Positions 36,804-51,042 of a stretch of DNA of 64,000 bases are shown here, one piece after another; the first letter of the stretch is position 1; each line of letters starts with the position of its first letter. Source of the DNA: Eledone cirrhosa (Eukaryota); the NCBI GenBank assembly GCA_964016885.1, contig OZ024741.1, positions 282,906,001 through 282,970,000 of the forward strand, read 5' to 3'. Under the pieces are notes generated by a model. It saw nothing but the letters and a program-made list of their open reading frames with translations. It was not told the DNA's origin and did not search any database. The translations under genes were made by a program, and so were the position numbers.

Positions 36804-39800
36804 TGTAGCAGTAATATATATCCTTTGTAATTAAATGTATTTTCCTTCGGCGGAAGAAATATGTTACGGAAGTAAATTGGCTGAAGTGTGAGCCAATCAA
36901 AACCTTTGGTGGAGCGATACAAGTTACTAGACTACTTAGACCAGATAACGGAGGTAAAGACAGAAAGAGAGTCTCCAGAAAAATCTGCTATCGTCAACAC
37001 GTCGATTCTTCGATACGCCATATCCTGTCGTATCTCACACATGGAAATACAGGCAAAATGAGTTTCACAGTGTGAAGACAGAACAACCTAATTGTTATAA
37101 TACCAATTCCATGCAGGTACCAAGAATAAATGGAAGTACATATTTATAATGAAGATTCTAAGTCGTTATAGTTATTAGTAAGGTTAGATCAGAAGGCATT
37201 AAATCGACAAACTCCATTATAAGTATGTACTTCCATTTATTCTTGGTACCCGCATGGAATTGGTATTATAACAATTAGGTTGTTCTGTCTTCACACTGTG
37301 AAACTCATTTTGCCTGTATTTCCATGTGTGAGATACGACAGGATATGGCGTATCGAAGAATCGACGTGTTGACGATAGCAGATTTTTCTGGAGACTCTCT
37401 TTCTGTCTTTACTTCCGTTATCTGGTCTAAGTAGTCCAGTAACTTGTATCGCTCCACCAAAGGTTTTGATTGGCTCACACTTCAGCCAATTTACTTCCGT
37501 AACATATTTCTTCCGCCGAAGGAAAATACATTTAATTACAAAGGATATGAAAATACATTTAATTACAAAGGATATGAAAATACATTTAATTACAAAGGAT
37601 ATATATTACTGCTACACTCAAAGAGAAGCTGCCACTTTCACCCATCTCGCTGCAAGCTGTAAATCATTCACCTATCCCCACGTACGGTCAAATTCCTCGT
37701 TCTTTGAACCTGGAATTACGCAGAGACTTCACGTGGATTTTCACTGTCGCCGATCTGCCTTACCCTATTCTAGGCTCGGATTTCCTGCACCACTATAACC
37801 TGTTAGTGGATATGCACAGACGACACTTGTTGGATGCGAATACGGAACTGTCCGTTCCGGGTATGAGATCGACTGTCTCGTCTATCAGCCCGGTTTTCTT
37901 TATCGCCGCTTCAGAAGATCCTTTTCAGGCGCTGTTACATTCCTTCCCAGAATTGACAAATTTAAATTTTGTGGTGAGTAAGCCTACTCACTCAACAAAA
38001 CACTATACTGAGACCACTGGTGCTCCTGTGTTTTCACGCCCTCGCCGCCTCCCTGCGGAGAAATTGAAAGTGGCGAAGGCTGAATTCAACCACATGCTGC
38101 AGCTCGGGATCATACGCCCATCCTCAAGTCCGTGGGCCGCTCCTTTGCATTTGGTTCCGAAGCGTTCCTGTGATTGGCGTCCCACTGGGGACTTTCGCCG
38201 GTTAAACGCGATGACGGTACCCGATCGCTACCCGATCCCACACATATAAGATTTCGCGTCTTCACTTCATGGATGTAAGACATTCTCCAAATTGGATTTG
38301 GTCAAGGCGTACCACCAGATTCCAGTGAGCCCAGCAGATATTCCAAAAACGGCTGTGACAACTCATTTCGGAGCATTCGAATTTTTTACTATGCCTTTCG
38401 GTTTGCAAAACGCAGCCAGTACCTTCCAACATTTCATGGATGAAGTTGTGCGTGATTTAGACTTTGTATATAACTACATTGACGACATTCTCGTGGCAAG
38501 TCCCTCACTCGAGGAACATGTCACTCACCTCCGTCTACTGTTTGAGCGGTTTCAGCAGTATCAAGTGCTTAACCCGGCGAAATGTGTTTTCGGTGCGTCT
38601 TCACTTGTCTTCTTGGGCCATATCATCAGCCCAGAGGGAATATCACCACTACCTGACAAAGTGAAAGCTCTGCAAGACCTTCAACCACCCACTTCACTTC
38701 GCCAGCTACGACATTTCCTTGGTCTGCTGAACTACTACAGATGTTTTATCCCACACTGTGCGGATCTCCTGTCTCCTTTATCTGACCTGTTACATAACAG
38801 GAAAATGAAAAATGAATCCATCACACTGGACACGAGTCAGCTAAAAGCCTTCAACTAAGTGAAGCAGAAACTCGCGGAGACATCACTGCTTGCACATCCT
38901 GTGTCTGGTGCCCAGTTTTCACTGGTCGTTGATGCATCGGGCACAGCTGTAGGTGCAGTTTTGCAACAGCATCACCAACAACAACTACAACCTCTCGCGT
39001 ACTTCTCGAGACTACTGAAACCGACAGAGACACGATATAGCACGTTCGGCCATGAACTCCTGGCTATGTACCTCGCAGTGAAACACTTTCGGCATTCACT
39101 GGAGGGTCGTCAATTTGCGATCTACACTGATCATCGTCCGCTTACGTTCGCACTGCGTTCTAAGCCGGATAAATATTCAACTCGCGAAACTCGTCATTTG
39201 GACTTCGTTTCGCAATTTACCAGCGATATCCGACACATCTCCGTGGAGCAGAATGCGGCGGCAGATGCCTTGTCTCGCCTCCCAATCAATTCCCTGTCAT
39301 CACCTTCGGATATTGACCTTCAACGGATGGCCACAGAACAGCCACCCCTGGACACCTTGGATCTTTCATCTCCTGAATTTGCAACTGGCAAATTTCCATA
39401 TCAACCTGTGCCCACTTCGGACACACAGATTATTTGTGACACCTCGACGGATTCACCTCGTCCTCTAGTTCCAGCGACTCATCGTCGTGTAGTTTTCGAG
39501 ACCTTGCACGGTCTAGCACACCCCGGAATATCGACCACAGTGAAGCTCATTCGGCTAGATTCTTCTGGCCGAATATGAGGCGTGACATCACTACCTGGAC
39601 ACGTTCCTGCTTGTCCTGCCAGAAGTCAAAGGTGCACAAACATATCCGCGCACCTCTCGGAACTTTCAGCACTCCAGACGCTCGGTTCAGTCATGTCCAT
39701 ATAGATCTCGTTGGACCATGGCCGGTCAGCCAAGGATTTACCTATCTTCTGACCTGTATTGATCGTTTCACACGTTGGCCTGAAGCCATTCCTTTAAGTG

Positions 39801-41330
39801 ACATTTCGGCGGAATCTGTAGCGCGAGCCCTAGTATCGGGTTGGATATCGCGTTACGGAGTTCCAACCACTGTCACCACGGACCGTGGTGGACAGTTTGA
39901 GTCCCATCTCTTCCGAGAACTTTCAAGGATTCTGGGAATTAAGCGCATCTGAACGACTAGCTATCATCCAGATTCGAACGGAATGATAGAGCGCTTCCAC
40001 CGCCAATTGAAAGCCGCATTGCGCGCTTATCCGGATCAACAGCAATGGAGCGAGTATGTGCCAATTGTCCTTCTTAGCTGTCGAGCAGCTATCAAGGAGG
40101 ATCTAGGATACTCCCCAGCTGAACTGGTTTACGGAGTACCTATATCTTTGCCGGGTCAGATGTTGACTCCAATGGATGTACCTGAAACAGATCCAGCTCT
40201 GTATGTGAACAGACTGCGATCTTATTTTGACAATCTTCTGCCTATGAACCCTCGGCAACAGACAATAAAATCTTCGGTCCCGAAAGGCATTGCTTCGTGG
40301 ACCCACGTCTTTCTACGGAAGGACGCCGTGAGAGCTCCTCTCACGTCGCCTTATACCGGTCCTTATCGTGTGCTTGCACACACAGATAAACTGTTCACTC
40401 TGGACATTGGTGGTAAAAAAACAGACTGTGTCCATTGATAGGGTGAAACGGGCCTTTACAGACACTCTTACGCCGCAAGAGCCCCATATTCCCCCTACAT
40501 ACACTCTGCATCAGCCAACACACGCTACACATGCAACATTGCACACACCTTCTCCACCTACAGCTACATATGTCACCACCACACGTAGTAGTCGCCGAGT
40601 ACATTGGCCCAAGAAGCTTTGCAAGACTCTGTATATATGAACTATGCTATATAGAGGAAGCTTTTTGAGTTCTTGTCCTCTCTTGCATTTATATTAAATG
40701 CATTATATAATGTGATCATTGGACTATTTCTGCTGCTCAGTTTTTGTTTTCCTCTTTTTTTTTCTCTGAAGCAAAACGCAGACATTTCTGTGAAATTAAT
40801 ATTTATTTTTCTGTGAATTAATATTGTTTATTATATGTTTACTGTTATATTTTTCTGTCTTGCAACTGCTACCCTTTTTTCTCTGTCGGCTTTAAGCCTA
40901 AGCAGGGGGTGATGTAGCAGTAATATATATCCTTTGTAATTAAATGTATTTTCCTTCGGCGGAAGAAATATATTACGGAAGTAAATTGGCTGAAGTGTGA
41001 GCCAATGAAAACCTTCGGCGGAGCGATACAAGTTACTGGACTACTTAGACCAGATAACGGAAGTAAAGACAGAAAGAGAGTCTCCAGAAAAATCTGCTAT
41101 CGTCAACACGTCGATTCTTCGATACGCCATATCCTGTCGTATCTCACACATGGAAATACAGGCAAAATGAGTTTCACAGTGTGAAGACAGAACAACCTAA
41201 TTGTTATAATACCAATTCCATGCGGGTACCAAGAATAAATGGAAGTAAATACTTATAATGGAGTTTGTCGATTTAATGCCTTCTGATCTAACCTTACTAA
41301 TAACTATAACGACTTAGAATCTTCATTATA
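36804..41330 (+). mobile_element. Ty3/Gypsy LTR retrotransposon with rearranged 5' end and no gag
   Basis: 4-bp TSD GCTC (36800-36803, 41331-41334); 3' LTR 40913-41330 after purine tract AAGCAGGGGGTGA; partial 5' LTR followed by an inverted full LTR (37146-37616). Confidence 0.93.
37617..40640 (+). pseudogene. pol: Gypsy pol (protease remnant, RT, RNase H, integrase)
   Basis: ILGSDFL; [24 protein letters not shown]; DAS..ELLA..TDH..ADALSR; HHCC; DLVG..TDRG..NGMIERFHR; PYTGPY; several stops and frameshifts. Confidence 0.92.
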
Positions 41331-42840
41331 GCTCTACCTAGCATTCGTTGATCTCGAGAAAGCCTTTGACAGAGTTTCCCGTGCTATAATCTGATGGGTT
41401 CTTAGAAAACTAGGAGTAGATGAATGACTTGTGAAAACTGTACAAGCCATGTATAGGGGAGCAGCCAGCAAAGTTAGGATTAGCAATGACTATAGCGATG
41501 AATTTAGCGTACAGGTCGGTGTCCACCAGGGCTCTGTTCTTAGCCCTCTCCTGTTCATCATAGTTCTGCAGGCAATAACCGAGGAGTTTAAGACCGGATG
41601 CCCATGGGAACTCCTGTATGCAGATGACCTTGCACTTATAGCTGAATCTAGGGTAGAACTAGAGAAGAAATTCCAAACTTGGAAGCAGGGACGAGAAAGA
41701 GAGGGTCTCAATGTCAACCTGACAAAGACTAAGGTCCTTGTATGTAGACGAGAAAACAGAACCCAGATACCCTCAGGGAAATGACCTTGCTCAGTATGTA
41801 GGAAAGGTGTAGGTAGGAACTCCAATCCCTGCCCTAAATGCAAACAATGGGTACACAAGAGATGTAGTGGGATCTCAGGAAGCTTAACTAAGAATGTAAG
41901 CTTCACATGTAGCAGCTGTGCTGGGACAGCAAGCAGCAAACAGCCACAGGAAACAAATACCACCAAACTCTGGGAAGCCTCTGTAGAAACAGTAGACAGC
42001 TTCTGCTACCTAGGTGACTGAATTAGCAGCAGAGGTGGGTGTTCGGAAAGTACAATAACTAGGGTAAGAACGGGATGGAAGAAGTTCAGGGAGCTACTGC
42101 CACTGCTAGCTGCAAAAGGCTTTTCCCTCAAAATGATAGGCAGACTGTATGATGTGTGTATACGAACAGCAATGTTACATGGTAGTGAGACCTGGGCGCT
42201 GTCTGTGGAAGACTTTCATAGATTAGAAAGAAATGAAGCCTGCATGCTCCGATGGATGTGTAATAGTAATATACGCGAATGGCAAAGCATAAACGAATTG
42301 GGAGAGAGACTGAGCATAAGAGGAATCAAATGCTGTGTGCAGGAGAGGCAGTTGCATTGGTATGGACATGTGATGCGCATGAAGGATGACAGCTGCATGA
42401 AAAGGTGCAGAGCACTAGAAGTCGATGGAAACAGCGGAGTGGGGAGACCCAAGAGGACCTGGGATGAGGTGATAAAAGCCGACCTTACACAATTATACCT
42501 CTCAAAGGCGATGACACATGACCGTGACCTCTGGCGTCACACAGTGATACAGAAGACCCAACCCCCCACGGGTACAAGCCGAAGCTGAAGCATATAGACA
42601 ATATGCCCCCACACCCTCCCACTGCAAAGTGGTCGTGGAGGTGCCACGGCAAAAAAGCACCCAGCACTCACTGTAAATGAGGTTGGTGTTAGGAAGGGCA
42701 TCCAGCTGTAGAAATCAAGCCAGAATCAGTTCCCATATGAGCAAGACATGGTCAGCAGACCGGCTACTGCCCACAACAGGATAACCCGTCTAACCCATGC
42801 TAGCATGGAAGAACGGATGTAAAACGGTGATGATAATGAT
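41331..42840 (+). pseudogene. RTE LINE, right part through the (GAT)n tail
   Basis: DLEKAFD, GVHQGSVLSP, LYADD, WYGHVMR, GRPKRTW; several stops. Confidence 0.9.
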
Positions 42841-42841
42841 A

Positions 42842-43925
42842 TCATCATCATCATCATCATCATCGTTTAACGTCCATATTCCACGCTTGCATGGGTTTGG
42901 ATGGGAGTTTTCCCACTTGAGGCAAGAGTGGTTGTCTTGCTCGCATAGGACTGTCTGGCGGGTTTTCTACGGCTGGATGCCCTTCCTAACACCAACCACA
43001 TTTACAGTGTGGAACTGGGAGGTTTTTACCGTGTTACCTACACGGCCACATTACAGCGTGGACTGTGTGTTTTTTTGTCGTGACACCTACACGACCTCAT
43101 TTGTTTCGGGCTGGATGTTGTGGTGCCAACATAACTTTACATTGAAAGGGGTGGTGTGGATGGGGTGTGGGTAGTGGGATGGGGGGTGTATTTTGTTAGA
43201 GGTGCCTACTGACTGTAGTAGGTTTCACTTTGCACTTAGGTAAGGCGGGTCTTCTCTATTACTGTGTAGCGCCAAAGATCTCGGTCCAGTGACATTGTCT
43301 TGGAGAGGTGTAAGTGTGTGAGGTCGGAATTTATCAAGTCGTCCCAGGTTTTTCTGGGTCTGCCTACTCCGTGGCTACCGTCTATTTTTATTGCCCTGCA
43401 CTTTTTTTTATACAGCTCTCGTCTTTCATGCGCATCACGTGACCATACCAACGTAGTCTTCTCTCGAGTAAACAACATCTGATCCCTCTTATTTCTAATT
43501 TTTCCCTTAGTTCGTTTATGCTTTGCCGTTCACGTATATTACTATTACACATCCAGCGGAGCATGCAAGTCTGCGCATATCCTCTGCACCCAATGCCCAG
43601 GTCTCACTGCCATGCAACAGTTCTGACTCTAGCTACTGTACTTTCAGAGCACCCCCCCACTGCTGATTTTGTCACCCAGGTAACGGAAGCTGTCCACTAT
43701 TTCTATAGAACCATCTGTGCAATGGAATGAGCTAGTATTTTGTGGGTACTTGCTCCTACTTATTGCACCAGAGCACCGGCCACATATAAAATCTATATTC
43801 TTAGTTAGCTTACCTGTGATCCCACTACATCTTTTATGCACCCATACTTTACATTTGGGACATAAAATGGAGTTTCTACCTACTCCTTTCCTACACATTG
43901 AGCATGGCCATTTCTCGGATGGGAC
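42842..43925 (-). mobile_element. RTE LINE 3' fragment (second subfamily), tail-to-tail with the previous copy
   Basis: (CAT)n tail; CRKGVGRNSILCPKC..HKRC; GRPRKTWDD. Confidence 0.85.
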
Positions 43926-43928
43926 CGG

Positions 43929-43966
<38 letters not shown>

Positions 43967-44012
43967 CATATATATATATATATATATAAATATATATTTA
44001 TATATATATATA

Positions 44013-44180
44013 TCATCATCATTTCATTTTACGTCCGCTTTTCCCCTGCTTGCAAGGGTGGGACGGGAACTGATTTTTGGATTGATTTCTACAGCTGGAT
44101 GTCCTTCCTAACACCAACCTCATTTACAGTGAGTGCTGGGTGCTTTTTTGCCGTAGCACCTCCACGACCACTTTGCAGTG
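44013..44180 (-). mobile_element. RTE 3' UTR fragment
   Basis: (CAT)n, TTTTACGTCCG and CAGCTGGATG..CCTAACACCAACC shared with the other RTE ends. Confidence 0.7.
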
Positions 44181-44199
44181 GAATGATATGGAGCCTAGT

Positions 44200-44457
<258 letters not shown>

Positions 44458-44482
44458 GTATGTGTGTGTGTGTGTGTGTGTG

Positions 44483-45141
44483 TGTAATAGTAATATTCGT
44501 GAACGGCAAAGCATAAATGAACTAAGTGAGATGCTGTTTACTCGAGAGAAGACTACGTTGGTATGGTCACGTGATGCGCATGAAAGACAACAGCTGTATA
44601 AAAAAGTGCAGGGCGATAAAAATAGACGGTAGCCACGGAGTAGGCAGACCCAGAAAAACCTGTGACGACTTGATAAATTCCGACCTCACACGCTTACACC
44701 TCTCCAAGACAATGTCACTGGACCGAGATCTTTGGCGCTACGCAGTAATACAGAAGATCCGCCTTGCCTAAGTGCAAAGCGAAACCTACAGTCAGTAGGC
44801 ACCTCTTACCAAAATACACCCCGTCCCACTAACCCCACCCCCTTTCGATGTAAAGTTATGTTGGTACCACAACATCCAGTCCTAAATAAATGAGGTCGTG
44901 TAGGTGTCACGACAAAAAAACACACAGTCCACGCTGTAATGTGGCCGTATAGGTAACATGGTAAAAACCTCCCAGTCCACACTATAAACGTGGTTGGTGT
45001 TAGGAAGGGCATCCAGCCGGAGAAAACCTGCCAGACTGTCCTATACGAGCAAGACAACCAATCTTGCCTCAAGTGGGAAAATTCCCGTCCAAACCCATGC
45101 TAGCGTGGAAGATGGACGTTAAACGATGATGATGATGATGA
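44483..45141 (+). mobile_element. RTE 3' fragment
   Basis: RRLRWYGHVMR..GRPRK; (GAT)n tail; inverted relative to 42842-43545. Confidence 0.85.
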
Positions 45142-45451
45142 TATATATATAAATATAATCAAAATATATGCTTTATTATATATATTTCAAAGGTACTGTG
45201 TTGTTTTTTTGCAGTACATTTTTACTGTTGAGTGCTTTTAATCTATCGTATATATAAATATATATATATATAAATATATATATATATAAATATATAATAT
45301 ATAAGAACAAAAGATGGTTAAAGGAGTTCCATGTATTTTATTATGCGCATTTCTACAATAAAACTCACCTCCTACATATATAAATATATATATATATTTA
45401 TATAAATATATATATATATTTTTTATATATAAATATATATATATATATATA

Positions 45452-47072
45452 CAGTGCCCCGCAAAAGTTTACAACACATTAGGAGAAATGCGGTTTTAGG
45501 TATTTTTAATAAAGTTAGGGTAATGAAAATTTAACTACTGATAGAACATATAATGAGGCATTTAATGATACAATCATATTTTTTAAAAAATAGGTAAATA
45601 ACTCATGAAGAAAAATCAATATTTTTATAACGCAAAAGTTTACAACACATTTTATATTTATCGCTTTTTTTCAAGAAAATTCTTAAATTTTCAGATTTAA
45701 AATTCGGTAGAATGTTCTAGATTAGGTTTAAGGTAACTTCTAAGGACTATTAAAAGCATTATGTCATTATTTGTCTGACAACCATCCTGTAAACATTGAC
45801 AACCGTCCTGTAAACATTGACAACCGTCCTGTAAACATTTACAATATGGGGAAAAATAAACTGATTGATCATGACCTCCGTAAAAGCATTGTAGACCTTC
45901 ATACAAATTGTGTTGGTTATAGAAAGATATCTTGTCAGTTAAATGTGCCATTGAGTTCAGTTTGTACTATAATTCGTCACTGGAAATCTCATCATTCCAT
46001 CTGTCCTCTAATTAGTTCTGGTTGTCCTAGAAAGATAACGGAACGTGCAGCTTGGTTATTGAAGAGAAAGGTTGGCAACGAACCCCGGTGTACTCTTAAA
46101 AATCTTCAGGATGACCTAGAAGGAAGTGGAGTAAAAGTGAGCACAGATACAATTAGTCGTTCACTTCGTCGATATGATATCTTCTCGAGGTCTCCAAGGA
46201 AAACATCACTTCTTACGAGGAAGCACGTTCTTCGTTGATTAAACTTTGCAAATGAGCATCTCATCAAACCTGCGTCATTTTGGGAAGATGTACTTTAGTC
46301 GGACGAAACAAAAATTGAACATTGTGGCAAAAGTCTGGAGAAAGAAAGGTACTGAATATTCACTGAAGAATACAATTCCAACTGTAAAATTTGGAGGTGG
46401 ATCAATCATGGTCTGGGGTTGCTTTAGTGCCACAGGTGTAGGAAATATTGAAATAATAGAAGGAAGAATGGATGGCGCTTATTATAGAGGTATTTTGCAA
46501 AGGAATTTACATCAAAGTGCACATTCTCTCAGCTTAAAGTCAGGTTGGTTTTTTCAACAAGATAACGATCCAAAGCATACTGCAAAGCTAACACAATCTT
46601 GGTTAAGTACGAATGGAATAAATGTTCTAAAATGGCCAAATCAGTCTCCAGATCTTAACCCGATCGAAAATTTGTGGAGAGAACTGAAACTCAGAATTCA
46701 AAAAAGGAAACCCCAAAATATCCTTGAACTAAAGAAAATTTGTTGTGAAGAATGGAAAAATATTAGCCAAGAAACATGCAAGAAGTTTGTAGGAGGCTAC
46801 TCCAAACGCCTACAGGCTGTAATTAACAACAAAGGTTACGCTACGAAATATTAAGAGATGATTTAATAAATGTGTTGTAAACTTTTGCGTTATAAAAATA
46901 TTGATTTTTCTTCATGAGTTATTTCCTTGTTATTTTTTTTTTAAATATGATTGTATCATTAAATGCCTCATTATATGTTCTATCAGTAGTTAAATTTTCA
47001 TTACCCTAACTTTATTAAAAATATCTAAAACCGCATTTTTCCTAATGTGTTGTAAACTTTTGCGGGGCACTG
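45452..47072 (+). mobile_element. Tc1 transposon (IR/DR type)
   Basis: About 200-bp TIRs starting CAGTGCCCCGCAAAAGTTTACAACACATT with an inner direct repeat; TA flanks. Confidence 0.95.
45846..46854 (+). pseudogene. Tc1 DD34E transposase (stop at 46236-46238 plus frameshift)
   Basis: MGKNK..GCPRK..SDE..GGGSIMVWG..QQDNDPKH..SPDLNPIENLW; D-to-E spacing 34. Confidence 0.92.
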
Positions 47073-47092
47073 TATATATATATATATATATA

Positions 47093-47466
47093 TCATCATC
47101 ATCATCGTTTAACGTCCATCTTCCACGCTAGCATGGGTTTGGACGGTAATTTTCCCACTTGAGGCAAGATTGGTTGTCTTGCTCGTATAGGACTGTCTGG
47201 CAGGATTACTACGGCTGGATGCCCTTCCTAACACCAACCACGTTTACAGTGTGGACTGGGAGGTTTTTACCGTGTTACCTATACGGCCACATTACAGCGT
47301 GGACTGTGTGTTTTTTTGTCGTGACACCTACACGACCTCATTTATTTAGGACTGGATGTTGTGGTACCAACATAACTTTACATCGAAAGGGGGTGGGGTT
47401 AGTGGGACGGGGTGTATTTTGGTAAGAGGTGCCTACTGACTGTAAGTTTCGCTTTGCACTTAGGCA
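47093..47466 (-). mobile_element. RTE 3' UTR fragment
   Basis: Near-identical reverse complement of about 44766-45141. Confidence 0.85.
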
Positions 47467-47667
47467 AAAATATATATATAAAAATATATATATATATATA
47501 AAAACATATATATATATATAAAAATATATATATATATATACAAATATATATATATATAAATATATATATATATACATAAAAAAAATATATATATTTATAA
47601 ATATATATATATATACATAAAAAAAATATATATATTTATAAATATATATATATATACATAAAAATAT

Positions 47668-47702
<35 letters not shown>

Positions 47703-47704
47703 AC

Positions 47705-50700
47705 TTTGAAAACTTTGATAGGTTTCAGCCAGTATTGGCCCAGGCCATGTCTAACTTAATAGCACCACCTGGGGAAGTCTTACAAATCAGGGTTTGGGCA
47801 CTATGGCCCACTCGAGCAGAGAGTTATTGTTTACGGGGGCATATCCGAGTGTAGGTGGCTTATCGGGATTTCTTGAAGGAATTTGTCCAAGGACTTCTTG
47901 AACTTGATGGGGTCTGTTTCTGTTTTGATGTATTTTGGTGTAATGTTAATTACAGGAACACATTCTATGGGCCATGTCAACTTTGCTGTTTATATGAGTG
48001 GCCCAGCTTATGCTGTTGTCCACAATAACTCCCAGGTCTCTGATGTTGTTGGATGCCACTAGAGTTTCATCCGAAGGAAGAGAGTATGGTAGTTTCAGGG
48101 CATCCTTTTTTACAAAGTGGATTAATTCAAACTAATCCTCATTCAACAGCATAGTATTCTTTTTCTGCCCATTGGATTACAGCCAGTAGGTCTGATTGAA
48201 GGCAAGTCTGGTCATCCACCTCATTGATGACCCTTTGGAGCTTGGAATCATCTGCGAAGATTCTTATGTTGCTGTGCTTGATGATGTCAGTAATATCATT
48301 AATGTAGATGATGAAAAGTAGTGGGCCCAACACTTTGATTTTACTCATTTAACTACAACATGTTGGGTTCTGTCTGTCAGGAAACATTTGATCGACTGTA
48401 GTAACTTTTCAGAGACACCAATATTGGATAGTTTTTTCAGTAGAATCTTATGATCAACCCTGTCAAAGGCCTTGCTGAAGTCACGGTAGATGACATCAGT
48501 GTTGGATCTCTCTCTCAAGGCTCTCAAAACATCGTCAAAGTGATGCAGGAGCTGCATTAGGCAGTCCCTTCCATTACGGAACCCATGTTGGTTGGAGTTC
48601 AGTAGGCCGTTGCTTTCAAGAAAGTGGGTTATTCATGATCTCACCACCCTCAATACCTTGATAATATGAGAGGTGAGTGAGATCGGACAGTAGTTCACTG
48701 CAAGGGACTTATTTCCCTTTTTGAAGACTCAGACAGAAAGTTTTCAGGAATATAGCCAGTATCCAATGAGTTCCTTCACAGATTAGCAAGAGGAGATGCA
48801 AGTTATTGTCGACACAACTTTAGGACACAAACAGGGAACCTGTCGGGGCCTACTGCTGAATTGTGTTTAATTTCATTTATTGCTGCTAAGACATCAGGGG
48901 TGCCATATGTTATGTCCGATATAGTGTGTTGGGGATTAACATTACTGATACAGCCCATATTGGCCATATCAGGATTGCTGAAAACAGAGCAGTATTGTTT
49001 CTGCAGTATCTCACCCATGGTTTTGGCATTATCTTGGAGTCTGCCATTTTCATCAACTAGAGGGCCAACAGTGGAGACAGTGACCTTGTGTTTTTTAGCA
49101 AATGAAAAGAATACTTTGAGGTTGAGTTTGATTTTCTCAATGGTCCACTTCTCTTCAGCTGTTCTCTGGTTATTGATGATGGTCTTCAATGTGCGTGAAC
49201 GACCCAGCATGAATGTGTTGAGAGAGAAACTGTGTCTGAGAGGGATAGAATGTAGTGTGCGAGAGAGGAGACTGAGGTGGTATGGACATGTGATGCGTAT
49301 AGAGGATGACCGATGGGTGAAGAAGTGCCAGGAAATGCCAGATGAAGGAAGACGTGGTAGAGGTAGACCACGAAAAACATGGGCGGAGGTGGTGAAAACA
49401 GACCTCAGATCGCTGAAGCTCACGGTGGAGATGACGAAGGACCATGACAAGTGGAGAGATGCTGTGCCGAATAAGACCCGTCCCACCCTTGCAAGCAGGG
49501 AAAAGTGGATGTAAAATGATGATGATGATGATGATGTCTTCATGCATTGTTGGAGGTTATATTTTTTTGATTCAAGCAGGGCGATAGCTGTCGAATGTGT
49601 GTGTTGCTGTTGGCAGTATTTTAGTGTGTTAATTTTTTTGTTTGTTCTTTTTATTTTTCTGATAATTGTATTTCTGTTTTGGGGGATACTGCACTTAGTT
49701 TTGTTCACAGGTTTTGGTGGGATGTGTTTTGTACATATATTTGTGACAGTGTCTACAAAGATCTGCCAAGATGTTTTGATGTTGGTGGAAATGTGTGCAT
49801 GTGTAAAAGACCAGTCAACATGTGATAGTTTGTTCATAATTGCATCCCAGTTGGCATTGTAGAGATCCATGTTATCAAATGGGTGGGCTGGAGAGAGGAC
49901 CCTGGGATTGGCTTTTGGCTGGTGGAATCTCAGGTTACAAAGAACCATGTCATGATCTGAGAGAAGGGTTTTTTCCACTGTAATATTATGTATAGTGTTA
50001 ATGTGGTTACTAAACACTAGATCCAGAATGTTCTTCTGATGACTTGTTGGTGCAAGGACAAGTTGGGACAAGAAAAACTCATTCATGAAGTCAAGAAGTG
50101 ACTTGACTGCTTCTTTGTCAGTGGTTGAGGCTTTGGAGCCTGGTTTCAAACTACATGTAGACCAATCGACACAGGGTAGATTAAAGTCGCCCATCAAAAG
50201 TATGTTGCTAGAATGGCACTGTTTAATAAAGCATTTAATGCTGTTGAGGCATTCTTTGAAGTAGATTATGGGTGTTTGTGGTGGCCTATAGAGCCCAACT
50301 AATATCAGGTCATTGGCTTTGTTGTGCACAGTGACTGATTCACAGTAGCCATTAAATAATGTTGTGTTGCCATCTGCCATAAAGAAATCATGCAGGAAAA
50401 TGGCAGTTTCACCCTTCCTTCTGCCAACACGATCTGTGCGGATAGTTGTGAAAATCCTCACTCTTACTTCGGCCTCCAAGTGGGAGTTGTCAAGGTGGGG
50501 CTCAGTAAGAATGAAGAAGGGGATGTGAAATGGATAGTTACCAACCCAATCCTCAATGAATTGGATCTTCCATTTCTGTGCATTGATGGATGGGCTGATA
50601 CCTTGTGTTATTGAGTAAGAATGTGGAGGCTAGTGCGGTGGCTGGTTTTGACTGTTGCAGGGGGCTTGTTTTGAGATTGTGTGTTAGTGACAGCAAGGAT

Positions 50701-51040
50701 GGTGTTGGGTGATGGCTAAAATGTTTTTCTGTATCTCTTTTGCTAGGTTCATGGCTAAAAAAGAAAAATGTTCTTGTTCAGGGACCAGTTTTTGATTGGA
50801 TTTGTAGTTACACCATTGGATAGGGTTGCAGTTCCTTCTTTTGTTGTTGTTTTTGTATTTGTTGTAATTGTGTCTTTGTGAAAAAACTGGAGCAGCATAA
50901 CTTTTATTGTTGTTGTTGTTGTAATCGTGTCTTTGTGAAAAGACTGGAGCAGCATTACTGCAGTAGGGGGTGGCTTTATTGTGGTTTGTGTGTTGACATG
51001 GAGCCCCTTTTCTGTTTGTGCGTTGTGTCCCAGGAAGATG
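47705..51040 (-). mobile_element. CR1/L2-type LINE (APE + RT), decayed
   Basis: YRPP, MGDFNLP, NILDL, LSDH, DFSKAFDRVDH, VLGPLLFIIYIND, FADDSK; frameshifts; clade not resolved. Confidence 0.82.
49189..49535 (+). mobile_element. RTE 3' fragment nested in the CR1-like LINE
   Basis: RRLRWYGHVMR..GRPRKTW; (GAT)n tail; TSD GTCTTCA (49182-49188, 49536-49542). Confidence 0.88.
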
Positions 51041-51042
51041 AG

